From: Octopus vulgaris
Taxonomy: Eukaryota
Length of the DNA stretch: 64,000 nucleotides
Direction of reading: 5' to 3'
Assembly (NCBI GenBank): GCA_951406725.2
Contig: OX597817.1
Coordinates: forward strand, 55,304,001 to 55,368,000
Part shown: positions 25,998 to 40,622 of the stretch, piece after piece
How positions within the stretch are numbered: position 1 is the first letter of the stretch
How the letters are laid out: each line of letters opens with the position of its first letter
Translations under genes and position numbers: made by a program
The notes under the pieces: generated by a model
Databases searched by the model: none
What the model was told of the DNA's origin: nothing
The model's input: the letters and a program-made list of their open reading frames with translations, nothing else

Positions 25998-27220
25998 GTA
26001 TTTTTAAGGGAATTGGAAATGCTTGTTAGGCGAGGCACCACAAGACACAGGGAGATATCCACAGTTCCTACAACTTGCCTGATCATATTACATAGAGTTC
26101 AAGATGACAAAGTGAATCTGAAGAAGAAACTGCGATTGAAATTTCCCCCCAGCGTCGGATTGCAGATGTTCTCATTTACACGAGGATCTAAAACGCCATT
26201 CAGGGCAACATTCTGAAAGGAGAAGCGAAAATGAAGAACCAGAAATGTGATAGGGACCGTGGTTATAAGTTTTGAACTCGACATCAGAAGATATATTTGG
26301 TGTGAAGGAAGAAAATGCTGGGAAATCATATGGTCCAAGAAGAATACAACATTAGATCACAAAACTGAGCAGCTCAATGTGGCACAATTCACAGTTAAAG
26401 AAGAGGCACACAGGTGTTTAAGGTATAATACGTAGTCGACGAGGAGAGGGCAGATGAGATTCAGTCGACGAGGAGAGGGCAGATGAGATTCAGTACATCC
26501 AAGAAGACTCGAATATCTATTTAACATCCGCTCAATATCATGGTGCATCGGAGCTTTCGTTATTTGTAACCCATAGAAGGCTGTCTCGGCAATATTCTTG
26601 ATGAGGGATCGGCCGGTGTCCCCGTAGCAGTATAATTATGATGGGTGCTGTCACAGTACGTTTAGTGGGCAGCGTGACACACAGTTACTTCGGTAGCTGT
26701 ATCGTGTCCAGTATTGGGCCAGAGTGCATTTTTGCTAAACAGCCGTTTCTGTTGAGGTATCTAATTTAACGTGTAGGCCTCATACTAAGACAAAATATAT
26801 ACATATTATTAATTTTACTCGTCTTTCGTTGACCTTGTGTTTTGTTTATTTTCCCTTTCGCAGAGCGTAGTATGTATATAGACGCACACGCACGCATATA
26901 TATATATATAGGTGTAGATGTGTATATGAATGCAAGTATTTTCCTCTTCAAGGATAGTATAGATAGTTGCCTTGAATATATAGAACAATATCCTCTCTTC
27001 AATATTTTCGACTTCGTTCACTTTTTTAATTATTTCTTTCGACTCATAAATCAGAAAATATATTGCTTACTTTCTCTTTCTCTCTCTCACACACACACAT
27101 ACACATATATACACATTTTTGTTTATATATACATAAATACATATGTATATATATATATACATGTACATATATAAATACTTATATATATATATAAATACTT
27201 ATATATATATATATGTAAGC

Positions 27221-27251
<31 letters not shown>

Positions 27252-29456
27252 ACCATCTATATATACATATACATATATATATACACACACATATATATAT
27301 GTGTGTATATACATAATTATAGGCGCATACATACATATATACAGGCATATAGACATACAAATATACGTGTGTGTGTGTATATATGCCGCATTTGTTCGTC
27401 AGTGTGTCTATACGTGGGTTCTGGGGCATGACTATAAGTTTATAATTAGGTTCTTTACGGAAAATATGCTGTCTAGTTTATGTGTGGCGACGTGTCATAA
27501 ATAATTTCATATCTATATTGAAGCCTATATTTAGACATTTAGAGGCAGACATATAAAAACGGATTCAAGCAACGCATCTCATGGCATACTTCCCACATAC
27601 ATACAAATATAAATACGTACGTACGTACAAACAACGCGTGCACACACGAAATCACACATACGTTCTTCGTTCGGGTAAGAGACACCAGAGGCTATTATAT
27701 AGCACTCGTGTATGATTTAGTAGAATATAAGAAAATATATATTTTCTTCTAATCACATACCTTATTGGTTTTCAGATGTAAGTTTTCTGGTCAACGTTCC
27801 TTTTAGTGAGCCACGTAAAATTACGGTTTAAATATTTACATATCTCGGTTTAGAAGGTGAAAGTCTTTTTTCACGTAAGAGACGTCAATAATACTAAATA
27901 ACAAAAAATAAGGAATCAGAGTTATTTTTGTTTTGTAGTGACAGAGTGAGTTAAATTTATATAAATGTGAAATAATTTTTTAAGCAATAATATAAAGGAT
28001 GCTTTTCAAAGCATCCATTTACGAAAAATCTACAGTAATGGTTGGTAGTTAATGTCGAATAAATGTTGGAGTAAGAACGATAAGTTTTCTAATTGGAAGA
28101 CATGGAAACAAAGTATGATGATTGTAGGAAGAAGAGGAAACGGTGAGAATATATGAATAAATAAAATAGTGGGAATATGTGAAATATACAAAAATGTGTA
28201 GGTGAATGTCAATTAAAATATTACTAGATGTGTATCTAATATAATCGTATAGTGATACGGTAATCCCTCGCCTATCACGAGTGCTACGTTCCGAAACACC
28301 CCGAGATAAATTAAAATCCGCGAAGCAGGAATAGTACTGCACTGTATACTTTTATTACAATAGTACCTCGGTTTTCGAACAACTCTGGGCTTTAAAATGT
28401 TAGTAGTCTCAGTAATTGACCAGTAAAATGCGAAGGTTTTCAGAAGAACTGACAATTACTTCTGGGATATGCCTGTAGGATGTTACTGAATTTTTAATTT
28501 CAAAGCTAAAAGGCTTCCAAATAAATACGCGTAATATGTGCTATAGATATTATGACTGAAGATGTGTTCAATATTGATCGATCTCAAATATGATTCTATA
28601 TCATTTATATCATTTATACTCGGAAATATATATAAAGATGAATATGTATATTAAAAAATTACAGCTAATGCTAGAGATGGAATATTACAAACATTAGAAA
28701 ATTGCTTATCTTGTTCAATAAGGGATAGATAATTCCTGAGTGTTTTCTTTGTGATATCTAAATCTAATATAGAAACGAGTTGGGTTATGATCCTCTATAC
28801 TTCATTCGGATAAGAATGCTTTGGAGCGAAAGTTGAGTATGTATGTTTCCTTCTTTCTGATGTGTCGTGCGATATTGTCAGACAAGATTAATTTACCTTG
28901 ATATTATGCGCATTAAACAATTATGTTATTTTTAAGTTTGCAAGGAAGTAATATCTAATTTGATATAAGAAGTTCTTAGAGATATTGTCTAGGTAAGGAA
29001 CACCTAGGTGGATACTTTAAAACCAGTAGCAGCCTTTATGTGCAAAGTGGCGAGCAAAAGCCCAAAGTTGCTAATATCATCTCATTGTGTGAACTCAATA
29101 ATGAGAATGAGTTTTGCCCATCAACCAATGACAATCGACCTTACAAAATATGTGAGAACATTGTTACACAGGAGCAAATAAAAATATACTCTGCGTAAAG
29201 TTTTGACTTTTCTGTTCTAATGGGCACACATACTCACATAAACGTACGCTCATATTCGTTTATATACGTAAATATGCTTATATCTATATACATATGTATG
29301 TATGTGTATATATATATATATATATTGCGTGGATTGTTTTCGAGTACTTTGTTTTTGTCCGGGAATCTCTTTTTAAAGTAGAGGAAATAGCTAAGGTTCT
29401 CTGGCTGCTATTTCTAAACTTCGGTATGTGGTAAAGCATATATTTGCTGAACCCTA

Positions 29457-29511
<55 letters not shown>

Positions 29512-29547
29512 AGTACATACATCATACATACATATGCACACATGCAT

Positions 29548-29586
<39 letters not shown>

Positions 29587-30438
29587 TGCATACATTTACT
29601 TGCATGCCAGCATCCTTATTGAAAAATATTCGCAAGTGGTGTACAAGTGTATATTTCTGAATGAGTGTAATTTCGATGTGTGTCGTAGCCTTGTTGGTGG
29701 TGTTCATATGCGATGTATGTATGTATGTATGTATGTATGTATGTATGTATGTATGTATGTATGTACGTACGTAAGAGTTGTACGTAATTTAATATCCTCA
29801 ATAAATCTATTTATGAAATCATCCGGGACATTGAGGCTTCTCTAACTTCAGTCTATCACACTAAAGTCTGACAGCTTTATGATTGGACGTTAAGTCGATG
29901 TTATCATTTCGCTAAACATTTCCGCCATCTTGATTTATGAAGAAATCATCAGTGAGAATGTAATCTCCCATCAGAGATGAATATATTCTGTAGTATATAT
30001 ATGTCTGTTTGTGACTCATTCTCTAACTAAACGAAAAGGCATCTCTCTCTATGTCTCAGTATCGATCTATTTTAGTCCCAATCATTTATCAGCGCTTAAT
30101 ATCAACTCCCAGTATTTTTCGCTTTGCCTATCTCTCTCTCACTCTCTCTCGCGCTCCCTTTCTTTTACTGTTTTTCTCATAGGTTTTCATCCTCTCCTTG
30201 GAGCGTATTTCCTTTGCGTTTTGCGTTTCTCTTTTCTATCCATATTTCCTTCTTTCAGTTCCGCATTCCACACAATTATAGGTGTGTAAGAATTTGTGTA
30301 TATGTGTCTGTGTATCTACGTACATATCTATTTATCAATCTACTTATATCGTTCATTCGATATCTAATTGTGTGTGCTTCAATGTATGCATGCGTGTATG
30401 TATGTCTGCGATGTGAGTATGCTATGTATGTATGTATT

Positions 30439-30472
<34 letters not shown>

Positions 30473-30727
30473 TGTATGTATGTATGTATGTATGTATGTA
30501 TGTTTGTGTGAATATTTAGAAGAATAGGAAGCAAGTGATATTTCGAAATTTCATTATTAACTTGTAACAGCTGTTTCCATGGTTTTAATAAAAATATTAT
30601 CACCCATAAAATCATTTCATAATGTTTCAACCAGGCATCCAATGTGAGTTGTCAGTCAGTATTATCAAGGGATTTACACTAAATAAAGCAAAGCCTTCTA
30701 GTAACTCAGAGTTGCCTACATTGGTAT

Positions 30728-30770
30728 CTGGTATTGAAGAGAAGTAACGAGTTCGAAATACATCAATCAG
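30728..30770 (+). ncRNA. decayed minimal hammerhead motif
   Basis: ctggta-TTGAAGA-gaa..ttc-GAAA-tacATC-aatcag, with C3U and a mismatch at the first stem I pair. Confidence 0.4.
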
Positions 30771-31631
30771 TCCAACAAAGAGAGCTATGAAATTACTATA
30801 ATGTTATATAACCTATTTATCTTAAACGAAAAGTTTTTCTCTGTTATAAACTGTCCTGGAGAAATCTTTATAGATCCAAATGTCTTAAACATATTTGAAC
30901 TAGGCTTAATTGCCCACTTTTTCCGTCACAGGTTCGCGTGCCTACTCAGGAATATGAAACAATTTTTTTTTAAATGATTATTAACGACAGATACAGTGTT
31001 AATTATAACAAAATACAATCTTTATATGTATCGCAACGTGAATGGTTTTCAGAACGTCAAATACTGTATTATTTATCTTGAGAGGACCTCTCAAATGGAT
31101 GCATGGTGAATAAAAGCACACATATTTATATCGTTGGCAGACCAGAGTCGCCTTCTACAAGCGTCAGAGTAACTGTTTTATTAGGAACTTCATTTAAAAT
31201 TTTAGTTCCAACGGAATTTGAGGAAATGATTATTTTCATGAGGACTTTCGAGTTTAAACTGTAGAATGAGCAACAAAATCAAATAATGATATTACGAAAT
31301 ATCATTGAGAACTTATATCCTTGTAAATATTTTGCTCGGGAATTCTTTTCGCGCAGTTTCATACAATAAAAGCGTCTCCGAATTAAGAGGTCCTGGTCCT
31401 TTTGCGTGTATTTGTGTATTACATTAGACAAAATTGCAACCCAGCCCACACAAATGAAGAATGTCAAAGAGGACTTCGTTAAAATGAAATTAAGGTAACA
31501 GAAATTTGATATCCCCCCAAATTAAAGTCGATTAAAGAACTTTCCAGAGAGACATGAATCACTTTCATCAGGAAAAAATTCTATGCTATCAAGCATAGCA
31601 TTCATAGTAAACGGCGAGTCCTTATTTATTC

Positions 31632-31842
31632 TTTTTTAGTCTTGGCAAAAGGCCCGAAATTTTGGGGGAGAGGTAGTCGATTAGAGCGACTCCAGTACGC
31701 AATTGGTACTTAATTTATCGACCCGAAAGGCAGAAAGGTAAAGTTGACCTCGGCACAATTTGAGCTCAGAACGTAGTGACAGACGAAATACCGCTAAGCA
31801 TTTCACCTGGATTGCTAACGTTTCTTATAGCTCGCCGCCTTA
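31632..31842 (-). mobile_element. SINE family B monomer with 15-bp TSD
   Basis: TSD agtccttatttattc at 31617-31631 and 31843-31857. Confidence 0.85.
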
Positions 31843-31849
31843 AGTCCTT

Positions 31850-32440
31850 ATTTATTCGTGTTTCCTCTTTGCTAGTGTCTGCATAGCAACACAAAGAAAA
31901 GACAAGAAATTTGGGAGATTTTATTTTTGCACATATGTACATATATATTTACTCAGTGGAATTTGTCTAGTCCTGGGATTTCGTATTTGCTGTCGATGAA
32001 TGATTAATCACATTCTTAATATATGCTTGGTTTATCCATTATAATATTCGTGAATTTGATGGCATATATTAAAAGTTGTGAAGAACAAGTAATGTGGTCT
32101 TCACACTAAAAGCTTGTCCCTATCTAAATTTATGTATTGTGCCCTCAATAAGGACACTACTCCTGCGATTAGAGCGGCCACTGATTTTAACTGTTGGAGT
32201 TAAGTCTAGAGCTGGTAGTTTCGCGTTTGTAAGTAGATTTTGTTTTGGCGAGGATGGATTTTTATTGCCTTTTGCATTTGAATATTTTATATGGCAAGGA
32301 TACTTTGTCATTCTTCGATATTCGTTCAGAAATAGTAAGTTCTGATGCATAAAGCTGAATGTATTTCTTAGGTGGTGTGTTGTAATTAAGTATAGTGTCA
32401 TGGCTAAATCTGGATTGCTTTCGACTTTCCACAGTTATAT
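31850..32440 (-). mobile_element. Penelope-like element fragment (GIY-YIG region)
   Basis: Minus strand gives LIEGTIHKFR*GQAFSVK / HITCSSQLLIYAI ... IIHRQQIRNPRTRQIPLS, typical of the PLE Cys linker and GIY-YIG domain, with stops and frameshifts. Confidence 0.75.
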
Positions 32441-33079
32441 GCATTTATACACACACGCAAACACACGTGCACGCATGTATATATATATATACTAAAAAGT
32501 GTGTAGATCAAGATCCTACAATCAGAAATCGATTTTAATAGCCATATTGGCGTTTAACTTGTATGCAATTAGATATCTCTTTTGTCGTTTACTAAACTTA
32601 AATTTTCTTCATTACCTCCTTCATTTTATCATCATCGTGCTGTTGTTGATGTAGTTCTTCTGCGTCTTTTTCCCTACTTTTTCTCTGTCTTCTTCACCTT
32701 CTTGCTTTCTTTCGTTCTTTCTTTCTCTTTATTCCATCTCTCGTTATTTCTTCTTCTTTTTATTCTCCCCTCCTCCTCCTTTTTTTTGTTCTACTGATTA
32801 TCATTATTATTATTATTATCATTATCATTCTACGGCACACGTTCATGCTGGTGCTTCGTCTTCACAAATCCTTTAGGCTGTTTATCGATTCCACTAATTT
32901 GATTGGAACATAATTTATCGAACTATATCTATCGAATGATTACATCCCCTTTGGCGGTGTAACTCAATACAAAATATAAAACGATGAATTTATTTGGGAA
33001 GCACCATCCACACACACACCCGTATGTATATGAATGTATGTATGTATATATGCGTGTATATATATATATATATATATAT

Positions 33080-33400
33080 CAGTGAACAAATAACAACAGA
33101 GGGTTAATGTGTCAATCCACTACAGCTGTTTCCAACGAATTTTTAATTGATTAATGGAGGATGTATATGATTAGAAGAAACCATTTTCATCAGGTGAATG
33201 CATGCATCACAGCATTCGAAACACTGGAAATTGTATGTGCCACTTCACGGTTCTATGACCAATGTTGAGATTCATGCGTTCGCCTAACGTAAACAGTTTC
33301 TTCTAATGATGTAATATCTCCATTAATCAATTAGAAAACAACTGTAGTGAATTTACACATTATCCATCTGTTTATATTTATTTATTTATTTATTATTCAC
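33080..33400. repeat. imperfect inverted repeat of an HHR-bearing pLTR-like unit
   Basis: 33080-33205 is the reverse complement of about 33270-33400 (shared gtttcttctaat, ctccattaatcaatta, ctgtagtg.att.acacatta). The second arm has a decayed core. Confidence 0.7.
33115..33199 (-). ncRNA. type I hammerhead ribozyme motif with long stem II and palindromic stem III
   Basis: Minus strand: attcac-CTGATGA-(54 nt, aatgg/tcgtt closing pairs)-GAAACAGCTGTA-gtggat. Stem I has 6 bp including one G-U. Confidence 0.7.
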
Positions 33401-33672
33401 CTCTTTCGGAGCCTGCTCCGTGCGTAGAACCGAAGTATGTTATGGAACGTCTATTTAGTGCAATGTGCGTTTTATGATTAGCTTCAGAGCTCTTGGTGTA
33501 CTGAGTCGGCTACAATTAATTGTATACATAACCTAAATATCTTTCTGCCCGTGTTTTGGTACCGTGTATTCCTCTATTTTTGGTTGTGTACACATTTTTA
33601 GTTTTCGACCCCGACCCGATGCCTTACTTTTTAAATGCCGCTCGAATCCCATTCTATTATAATACGTGCATA

Positions 33673-33710
<38 letters not shown>

Positions 33711-33974
33711 TATTGTAATTCGCTTGAAGCATTGTGTATTGTTCATAAAAATAGAAAATGTTTTTGATGGCACAACAATGCCCTATAATACAAACAGTGG
33801 ACTATAATAGCTTTTGTAATTTAATCATCCATAATCAGACTGTGGATAATTAAATTACAACAGTTATTATAATCCATTGTTTGTAATATAGTGCATTGTT
33901 GTGTCATTCAAAATATGCTGTTACATATATATAACAGTGGCTGTGTGGTAAGTAGCTTGCTATATATATATAGT

Positions 33975-34166
33975 CAAGTCTATTGAAAAGGCTGCAAGAC
34001 GCAACGAAAATTTTAGAAAAATAAAAATACGAAATAAGTGGAAATTTTATAGGTGAATGTGTTACATTATAAGGCACAAAAAGAAAATGACTCTTCTCAG
34101 ACTCAACACAATATGCTTCAACACACGAACTCATATAAGGAATCTTGCAAACCAAATCCAAAAACG

Positions 34167-34170
<4 letters not shown>
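33975..34170 (+). repeat. pLTR-like remnant in (TA)n with decayed HHR; same family as 25721-25997
   Basis: Shares gtgttacat..taaggcacaaaaagaaaatgactct and atgcttcaacacacgaactca with the 25.8 kb element. Its 5' end ttgaaaag-gctgc-aagac-gcaac-GAAA-attttag resembles a decayed HHR. Confidence 0.6.
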
Positions 34171-34210
<40 letters not shown>

Positions 34211-34450
34211 GTATACATATATAAACATATATATATGTACATTTATATTTATATATATAGGATAATTGCGTAACGCTTGAAGGTACTAGTTATGAAAGTG
34301 CTACTGTTATCACAATAAATATATTATATCCTATATTTGTATTATTATTAAATTCTAAAATTTGTAAATAATAAAACGTGAAAATCACGTGAAAACGTGA
34401 AAAGTTGGAAGTTCATTATTATACAAACCGAGATATATATCCACAAATAG

Positions 34451-34483
<33 letters not shown>

Positions 34484-34940
34484 GTATATATACATATTCA
34501 CACACACACACATATATATATATTATATATGTATATATGCATAACATCGGTGGCGGGGAGAAGAGGGGCTGGTATGCATAGGCGACGGCTGGTCTTCCAT
34601 AAAGACAAGCCTAGGTTGTGCGTTCGCCAGTGAGTCGACTTTCACTCCAGACTTGTACCCCGGAGGGGAACCTCTTAGGCGCACCCATGGTCATTCGTGA
34701 CCGACAGAGTCGAGTCATACATAAATACATGTACATACGTATATATATATATATATGATTAATTCTGGTAGTGTTGATTCATTGTTTTTGTCTTTGCCTT
34801 CGTAAAAAAGTATGTTTACGGTCATGGAGATTCTTATAGTAGGAGAAAAGGAATTTTTGACTCCCTTTTCTAATTTCGGTATGTGGTGAAGCAGTTAGCT
34901 GAACCCTAATTATAACTATATATATATATATATATATATA

Positions 34941-35793
34941 TAGTAAAAATAATTAAAAGGGTGGGCAACAGGCTGCTTCGCCGCATACCGAAGGAATTAG
35001 AAATGGCAGTCAAAGACTGTTTTTTCCATTTTCTACAAGTGGAGATTTCATATACGACGGACCCCGCGATTCACATACGCAGAATCGGAGTAGCTAATAA
35101 ACGAAAACAATCTCTTACCGTTAATGGTGAACATGTTTCTAGATCACAAGCTCGAAAATAGCTCGATTTCCATCGTTAACACATATTCGATAGATTTACC
35201 AAATGCCACAAGCCCTCACCTCTGACCAAGCGACATCAGATAGTGGGGGGAGGTGTGCAGATGTTAAAACTAAGTAATGACTGGGAACGTAAATTTTCCC
35301 TCCAAAATTATACTATGCGCGCCGCCTGGGTGATCGCAATGGAATAAGAAATCCACATGGTAATAGAATAAAAATGGTAAATAATTTTTCAGTGGTTTTT
35401 CATATAACCAACAATTATTTACCGGTAAAATTCGGTATGTAAATATGACAAATTCATCGTCAGGAACTTCTGTAAAGTTCAGTATATAGTAAAAATAATT
35501 AAAAGGGCGGGCAACAGGCTGCTTCGCCGCATACCGAAGGAATTAGAAATGGCAGTCAAAGACTGTTTTATCCATTTTCTACAAGTGGAGATTCCATATA
35601 CGACGGAACCCGCGATTCACATACGCGAAATCGGAGTAGCAAATAAACGAAAACAATCTCTTACCGTTAATGGTGAACATGTTTCTAGATCACAAGCTCG
35701 AAAATAGCTCGATTTCCTTCGTCAACACCATATTCGATAGATTTACCAAATGCCACAAGCCCTCACCTCTGACCAAGCGACATCAGATAGTGG

Positions 35794-35797
<4 letters not shown>
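34941..35797 (-). mobile_element. retrozyme/pLTR-like element: about 310-bp direct repeats 546 bp apart, each with an HHR variant
   Basis: 34941-35250 is repeated at about 35487-35797. HHR at 35670-35731 (atggtg-TTGACGA...GAAACATGTT-caccat) and a more decayed copy at 35124-35184. Bounded by (TA)n, with no recognisable coding sequence. Confidence 0.7.
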
Positions 35798-35834
<37 letters not shown>

Positions 35835-36138
35835 ATATATATGGTGGAGGTGCAATGGCCTAGTGGTTAGGGCAGCAGACTCTCGGTTGTATGATCGAGG
35901 TTTCGATTCTCAGACCGGGCGTTGTGAGTGTTTATTGAGCGAAAACACCTAAAGCTCCACGAGGCTCCGGCAGGGGGGTGGTGGCGATCCCTGCTGTACT
36001 CTTACGCCACAACTTTCTCTCACTCTTTCTTCTGTTGGCCTGCTCGCTAAAACAATGCGAAGCGCACTGTGATCAGCGATTTGTAGCAACATCTGATAGC
36101 CTGGTCGATCACGGTGATATATATATACATACATATAC

Positions 36139-36184
<46 letters not shown>

Positions 36185-36924
36185 CTAAATTTACATTCAT
36201 ATACCATTACACAAGATCATTCTTTATAGCTGCTATATGACTGAATATTTCTCAGCTATAACAGTGCGTGGGCGCTATGCGTTTTATCAAGTGGTGGTCA
36301 CCACTGGAACAATCTTTTACAATTTCATCAGCTAATTTCAGTTGTTTAGTTCTGAGGTTGTTCTAAACAATAAACTTCAAGAATATCATGACATAAACAG
36401 CATCATTCTTTCGAACCGTACCTTTGCCTCCTGCTGAACAATGAAAGCATCAATAGCAACAACAACAACAACAACAACAAATCAACAACAACATACTGCA
36501 ATGATGATGTATAGTATCAACACAAGAATAACACAAAAGTAGGTAGTAAAATAGAAAAAAAATGAAGATGGTAAATAAACAGCAAGAAGAAGAAGAACAT
36601 TTACCATTCCATCAATAGCGTTTCTAAAATCGAAACAATCATAACAACGACGGTAAACTACGAAAAGTCTATTAACCTAACAGCCACAACAACAGCAACA
36701 ACAACATGTGGAAACACAGCAAGTGTATCTCTGGTCGGTATTAAACAGAAAACATCCAAATTTAGCACCTTACTTAAGATCTTTGAGAGAATCACGCTAA
36801 ATTACGCTAAATCACGCCATATTATCTTCCATTGCCAGGAAAATGTACTTAGGTGAGATTATTGATTACACAGGTGTGTAGTTGATTGTTATACACACAC
36901 ACACACACACAGAAATATATATAC

Positions 36925-36999
<75 letters not shown>

Positions 37000-38023
37000 C
37001 ACACACACATACATATATGTCCATATATGCATACATACATACTTACATACATGTATATATATATTTCCATATATAAAGAACTACATAAACCGTATACATA
37101 TATATACTGACACACACACCTATGTGTATGGATACATATAAATATATATATATATAAATACATACATACGTGTATGTATATATGTATATGCATGTATGTA
37201 TATAAAATACATACATATGTATGTATGTATTTATGTATGTATGTATATATATATATGTATATATATATATACTTTATTATACATATATTGATGTACGTAC
37301 ATGCATTTACAGCAGTATGTATATATACGTATTGTGTGGAAACGATGGTTGTATACACGAGTATGTTTGTGTGTGTGTGAGTGTGGGTGGGTGGGTGTGT
37401 GTGTGCGTGTGTGAAAGAGTTAGAGAGAGAAATTGTAATGGAAAATTAAGATGGTATAGCAACGTACCCAATATATTCGTATATTTAGCCACACGATCAT
37501 TTGTTGTTACATGTCTCAGCACAATGTTTATGCAGTGTTGAGAGGCGATACAGATATGGAGAATGGAGGAGGAGTAAATCTTTTATAGCTATTCAAATGT
37601 TTTACGGTTAAAAGCAAAATACAAATTTGTAACTGACAATATATAAAGCCTCGTTCTTTACTGTAGATTTAAATTTTAATTCGAGCAATTTCGAGCTACA
37701 TCACATCCTCATCAGGTCTCACACGTAAGAATAAAGAATACTTTGAGTTGATACGTGTGGTCCAAACCGCTTTTGTTATATGACTAATATCTCCATCCAT
37801 TAAACTAAGTTACCTTTGAAAATCAGAGTTCTCTGTAGATTTTAAAAAAACACAAAGCAATGCTCATATTTTGAGCATCGTCATGTCAAGGAAAAACTAT
37901 CGGCCCTAGAGATGTTATCGGGATGATTGGCCATGTTGATATATGGAACTTGATGGAGTCGGTCAATGGTGAGTTAGACAGGAGAATATCCCTGTTAGAC
38001 ATATACGTGTGTGTGTATAATAA

Positions 38024-38064
<41 letters not shown>

Positions 38065-38618
38065 GAGTGAAGGAGCAGTGCATGCCATCAACGTGACACT
38101 GGGGTAAAATATACGAAGCCCAGTATACCAACCATGACTACTCGTCTGATAAGGGTACACCAGGCACATGCATCACAACCATATGTGCGCAACATGGTGA
38201 TCTCATATGAAGATAAACAACGCATGACCTTCCAGGTGGGGCCGAGTTAGAATTTTCTTCTGGTCGAGTAGCCCATCCCGCTCAAAAGGTCCCTGAATAA
38301 GGATTGTTTAAGGATGTTGAAAGAACCACCGATGTTTTCAAAGGTGAATTATCCAAAGCTCTAAGAATTCCTTTCAACACACGGCTATGATACACCTCCA
38401 TTACTTCTGCTCATGATCAGAGATGCACATATCGTCAGCCAATAAGGGACATGGTCAACTGGTCACGGTCAAACAACTGACATTCAAATCTGTGGTATTG
38501 AGCAGAATATTTGCTGTAGCCCATCTTTTATACCAAGACAAAACAATGTACATGATAACACTTCCAATCAGTTAAGATCAGAAGCCACGAGAGCCACTGC
38601 CTGGTACTGCATCACGGC

Positions 38619-38620
<2 letters not shown>
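38065..38620. repeat. interspersed repeat inserted in (TTA)n, probably the 3' UTR of a TAA-targeting non-LTR element
   Basis: About 555 bp of complex sequence bounded on both sides by (TTA)n. Similar short inserts lie in (TTA)n at 49140-49210 and 49262-49390. Confidence 0.4.
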
Positions 38621-38652
<32 letters not shown>

Positions 38653-39077
38653 TAGTTTTATTTTTATCACATGCTTTCACTGCACTACCGAACGCAGCTC
38701 CGTGTACCTCGTGTTTGTTGTGGTGTTCTTATTTTCCCTGACTGATATTTTACTTCATCGAGCCCGATCGCATAAATATAAAAGTAAAACAGGTCCGACA
38801 TTAAAAGACAAACGAATTTATGGTCAAAAGTGTTTAGCATGACGCGTTCAAAGTGCTGTTAAAGCTGTCTCATTCGATCTGGTATAAAATAAAAGAATCG
38901 TGGCAGGTCAGCTTATTATAGGTAAATTTATGATATACTAAAATTACAACGAATCAAGGAACTAATATAAACAGTGTCTTCTAATAAAATGTCTCAAACT
39001 TTCGGAAGTGCACTTTGCATACACATACACACACAAAATCATATTCACATATGCATACGTACGTGCGTATGTATGTA

Positions 39078-39151
<74 letters not shown>

Positions 39152-39240
39152 TAGATAGATAGATAGATAAATAGATATGTACAAGTGTATATAGGTGTAT
39201 ACATATATATATATGCACATATATATATACATATATGTAC

Positions 39241-39287
<47 letters not shown>

Positions 39288-39331
39288 GTGTACATATATA
39301 TATGACTGGAACAAACAAAGGAATAAAAAAA

Positions 39332-39367
<36 letters not shown>

Positions 39368-39476
39368 GCTATATATATATATATATATACTTATGTATAT
39401 ATATATACTTGTATATATATATATATATAAATATATATATACCTGTATATATATACTTGTATATATACATATATAT

Positions 39477-39530
<54 letters not shown>

Positions 39531-39937
39531 GTACATTGTTATGGTGGTTTTATCGCTTTAACTTTATGTATTTTGTCTAACTCCACAGAAGCCAAGCACC
39601 CATTCATCAGGTTTTTATGGATAAGGTCATTGAAATCATAATATACATAATTAGTGGAAATTCATGCAGATAATGTGCTATCTGTTATTTCTTTGACATT
39701 CATATTCATAATTTTGCTGCTTTTGTTTAGAAAGAAATAATGATTATCGTTTTAGTAAATCTGGTTTTATCAAGATTACGTTTTATCGCATCATACGTCG
39801 AGAATTAAAACTTTCATTAATGCGGAGACGTCTTATTGTAAGATGACTTGTGACGTTTAATGGTCAGCACCTTAACACAATTATCGGAACTTAGGTGGTT
39901 GCACAAACACTTACATCCATAAACATACATACACACG

Positions 39938-39971
<34 letters not shown>

Positions 39972-40041
39972 CTGTTGCCTACACTTTTAATTATATACTA
40001 CTATATATATATATATATACATATATAAACATAGATATATA

Positions 40042-40210
40042 TAGGCGCAGGAGTGGCTGTGTGGTAAGTAGCTTGCTTACCAACCACATGTTTCCGGGTT
40101 CAGTCCCACTGCGTGGCACCTTGGGCAAGTGTCTTCTACTATAGCCTCGGGCCGACCAAAGCCTTGTGAGTGGATTTGGTAGATGGAAACTGAAAGAAGC
40201 CCGTCGTATG

Positions 40211-40241
<31 letters not shown>

Positions 40242-40442
40242 CTGTGTTTGTGTTTGTTTCCCCAACATCGCTTGACAGCCGATGCTGGTGTGTTTACGTC
40301 CCCGTAACTTAGCGGTTCGACAAAAGAGACCGATAGAATAAGTAGTAGGCTTACAAAGAATAAGATTTGCTCGACTAAAGGCGGTGCTCCAGAATGGCCG
40401 CAGTCAAATGACTGAAACAAGTAAAAGAGTAAAATTAGAGTA

Positions 40443-40494
<52 letters not shown>

Positions 40495-40550
40495 GTGGTG
40501 CTCCAGCATGGCCGCAGTCAAATGACTGAAACAAGTAAAAGAGTAAAAGA
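40042..40550 (+). mobile_element. tRNA-derived SINE family A with internal (TA/TG)n; representative full copy
   Basis: Head ggcgcaggagtggctgtgtggtaag...ggttcagtccc, then ccttgggcaagt, tail gactgaaacaagtaaaagag. Other copies at about 3880-5602(-), 7505-7626(-), 15050-15442(-), 20503-20900, 24060-24550, 24905-25320(-), 43505-44310, 55790-56460 and 63720-63996. Confidence 0.85.
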
Positions 40551-40578
40551 GTATATAGATATATAAATATATGTCTTG

Positions 40579-40622
<44 letters not shown>

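Noticed and set aside
31538-31580. CTGATGA...GAAA on the minus strand downstream of the PLE fragment
   Set aside because: The position is suggestive, but stem I and stem II cannot be formed convincingly.
37680-37722. Hammerhead-like core on the minus strand (also 29920-29960, 26118-26150, 48770-48805, 50515-50630)
   Set aside because: Core words are present but there is no paired stem I or correct NUH placement.
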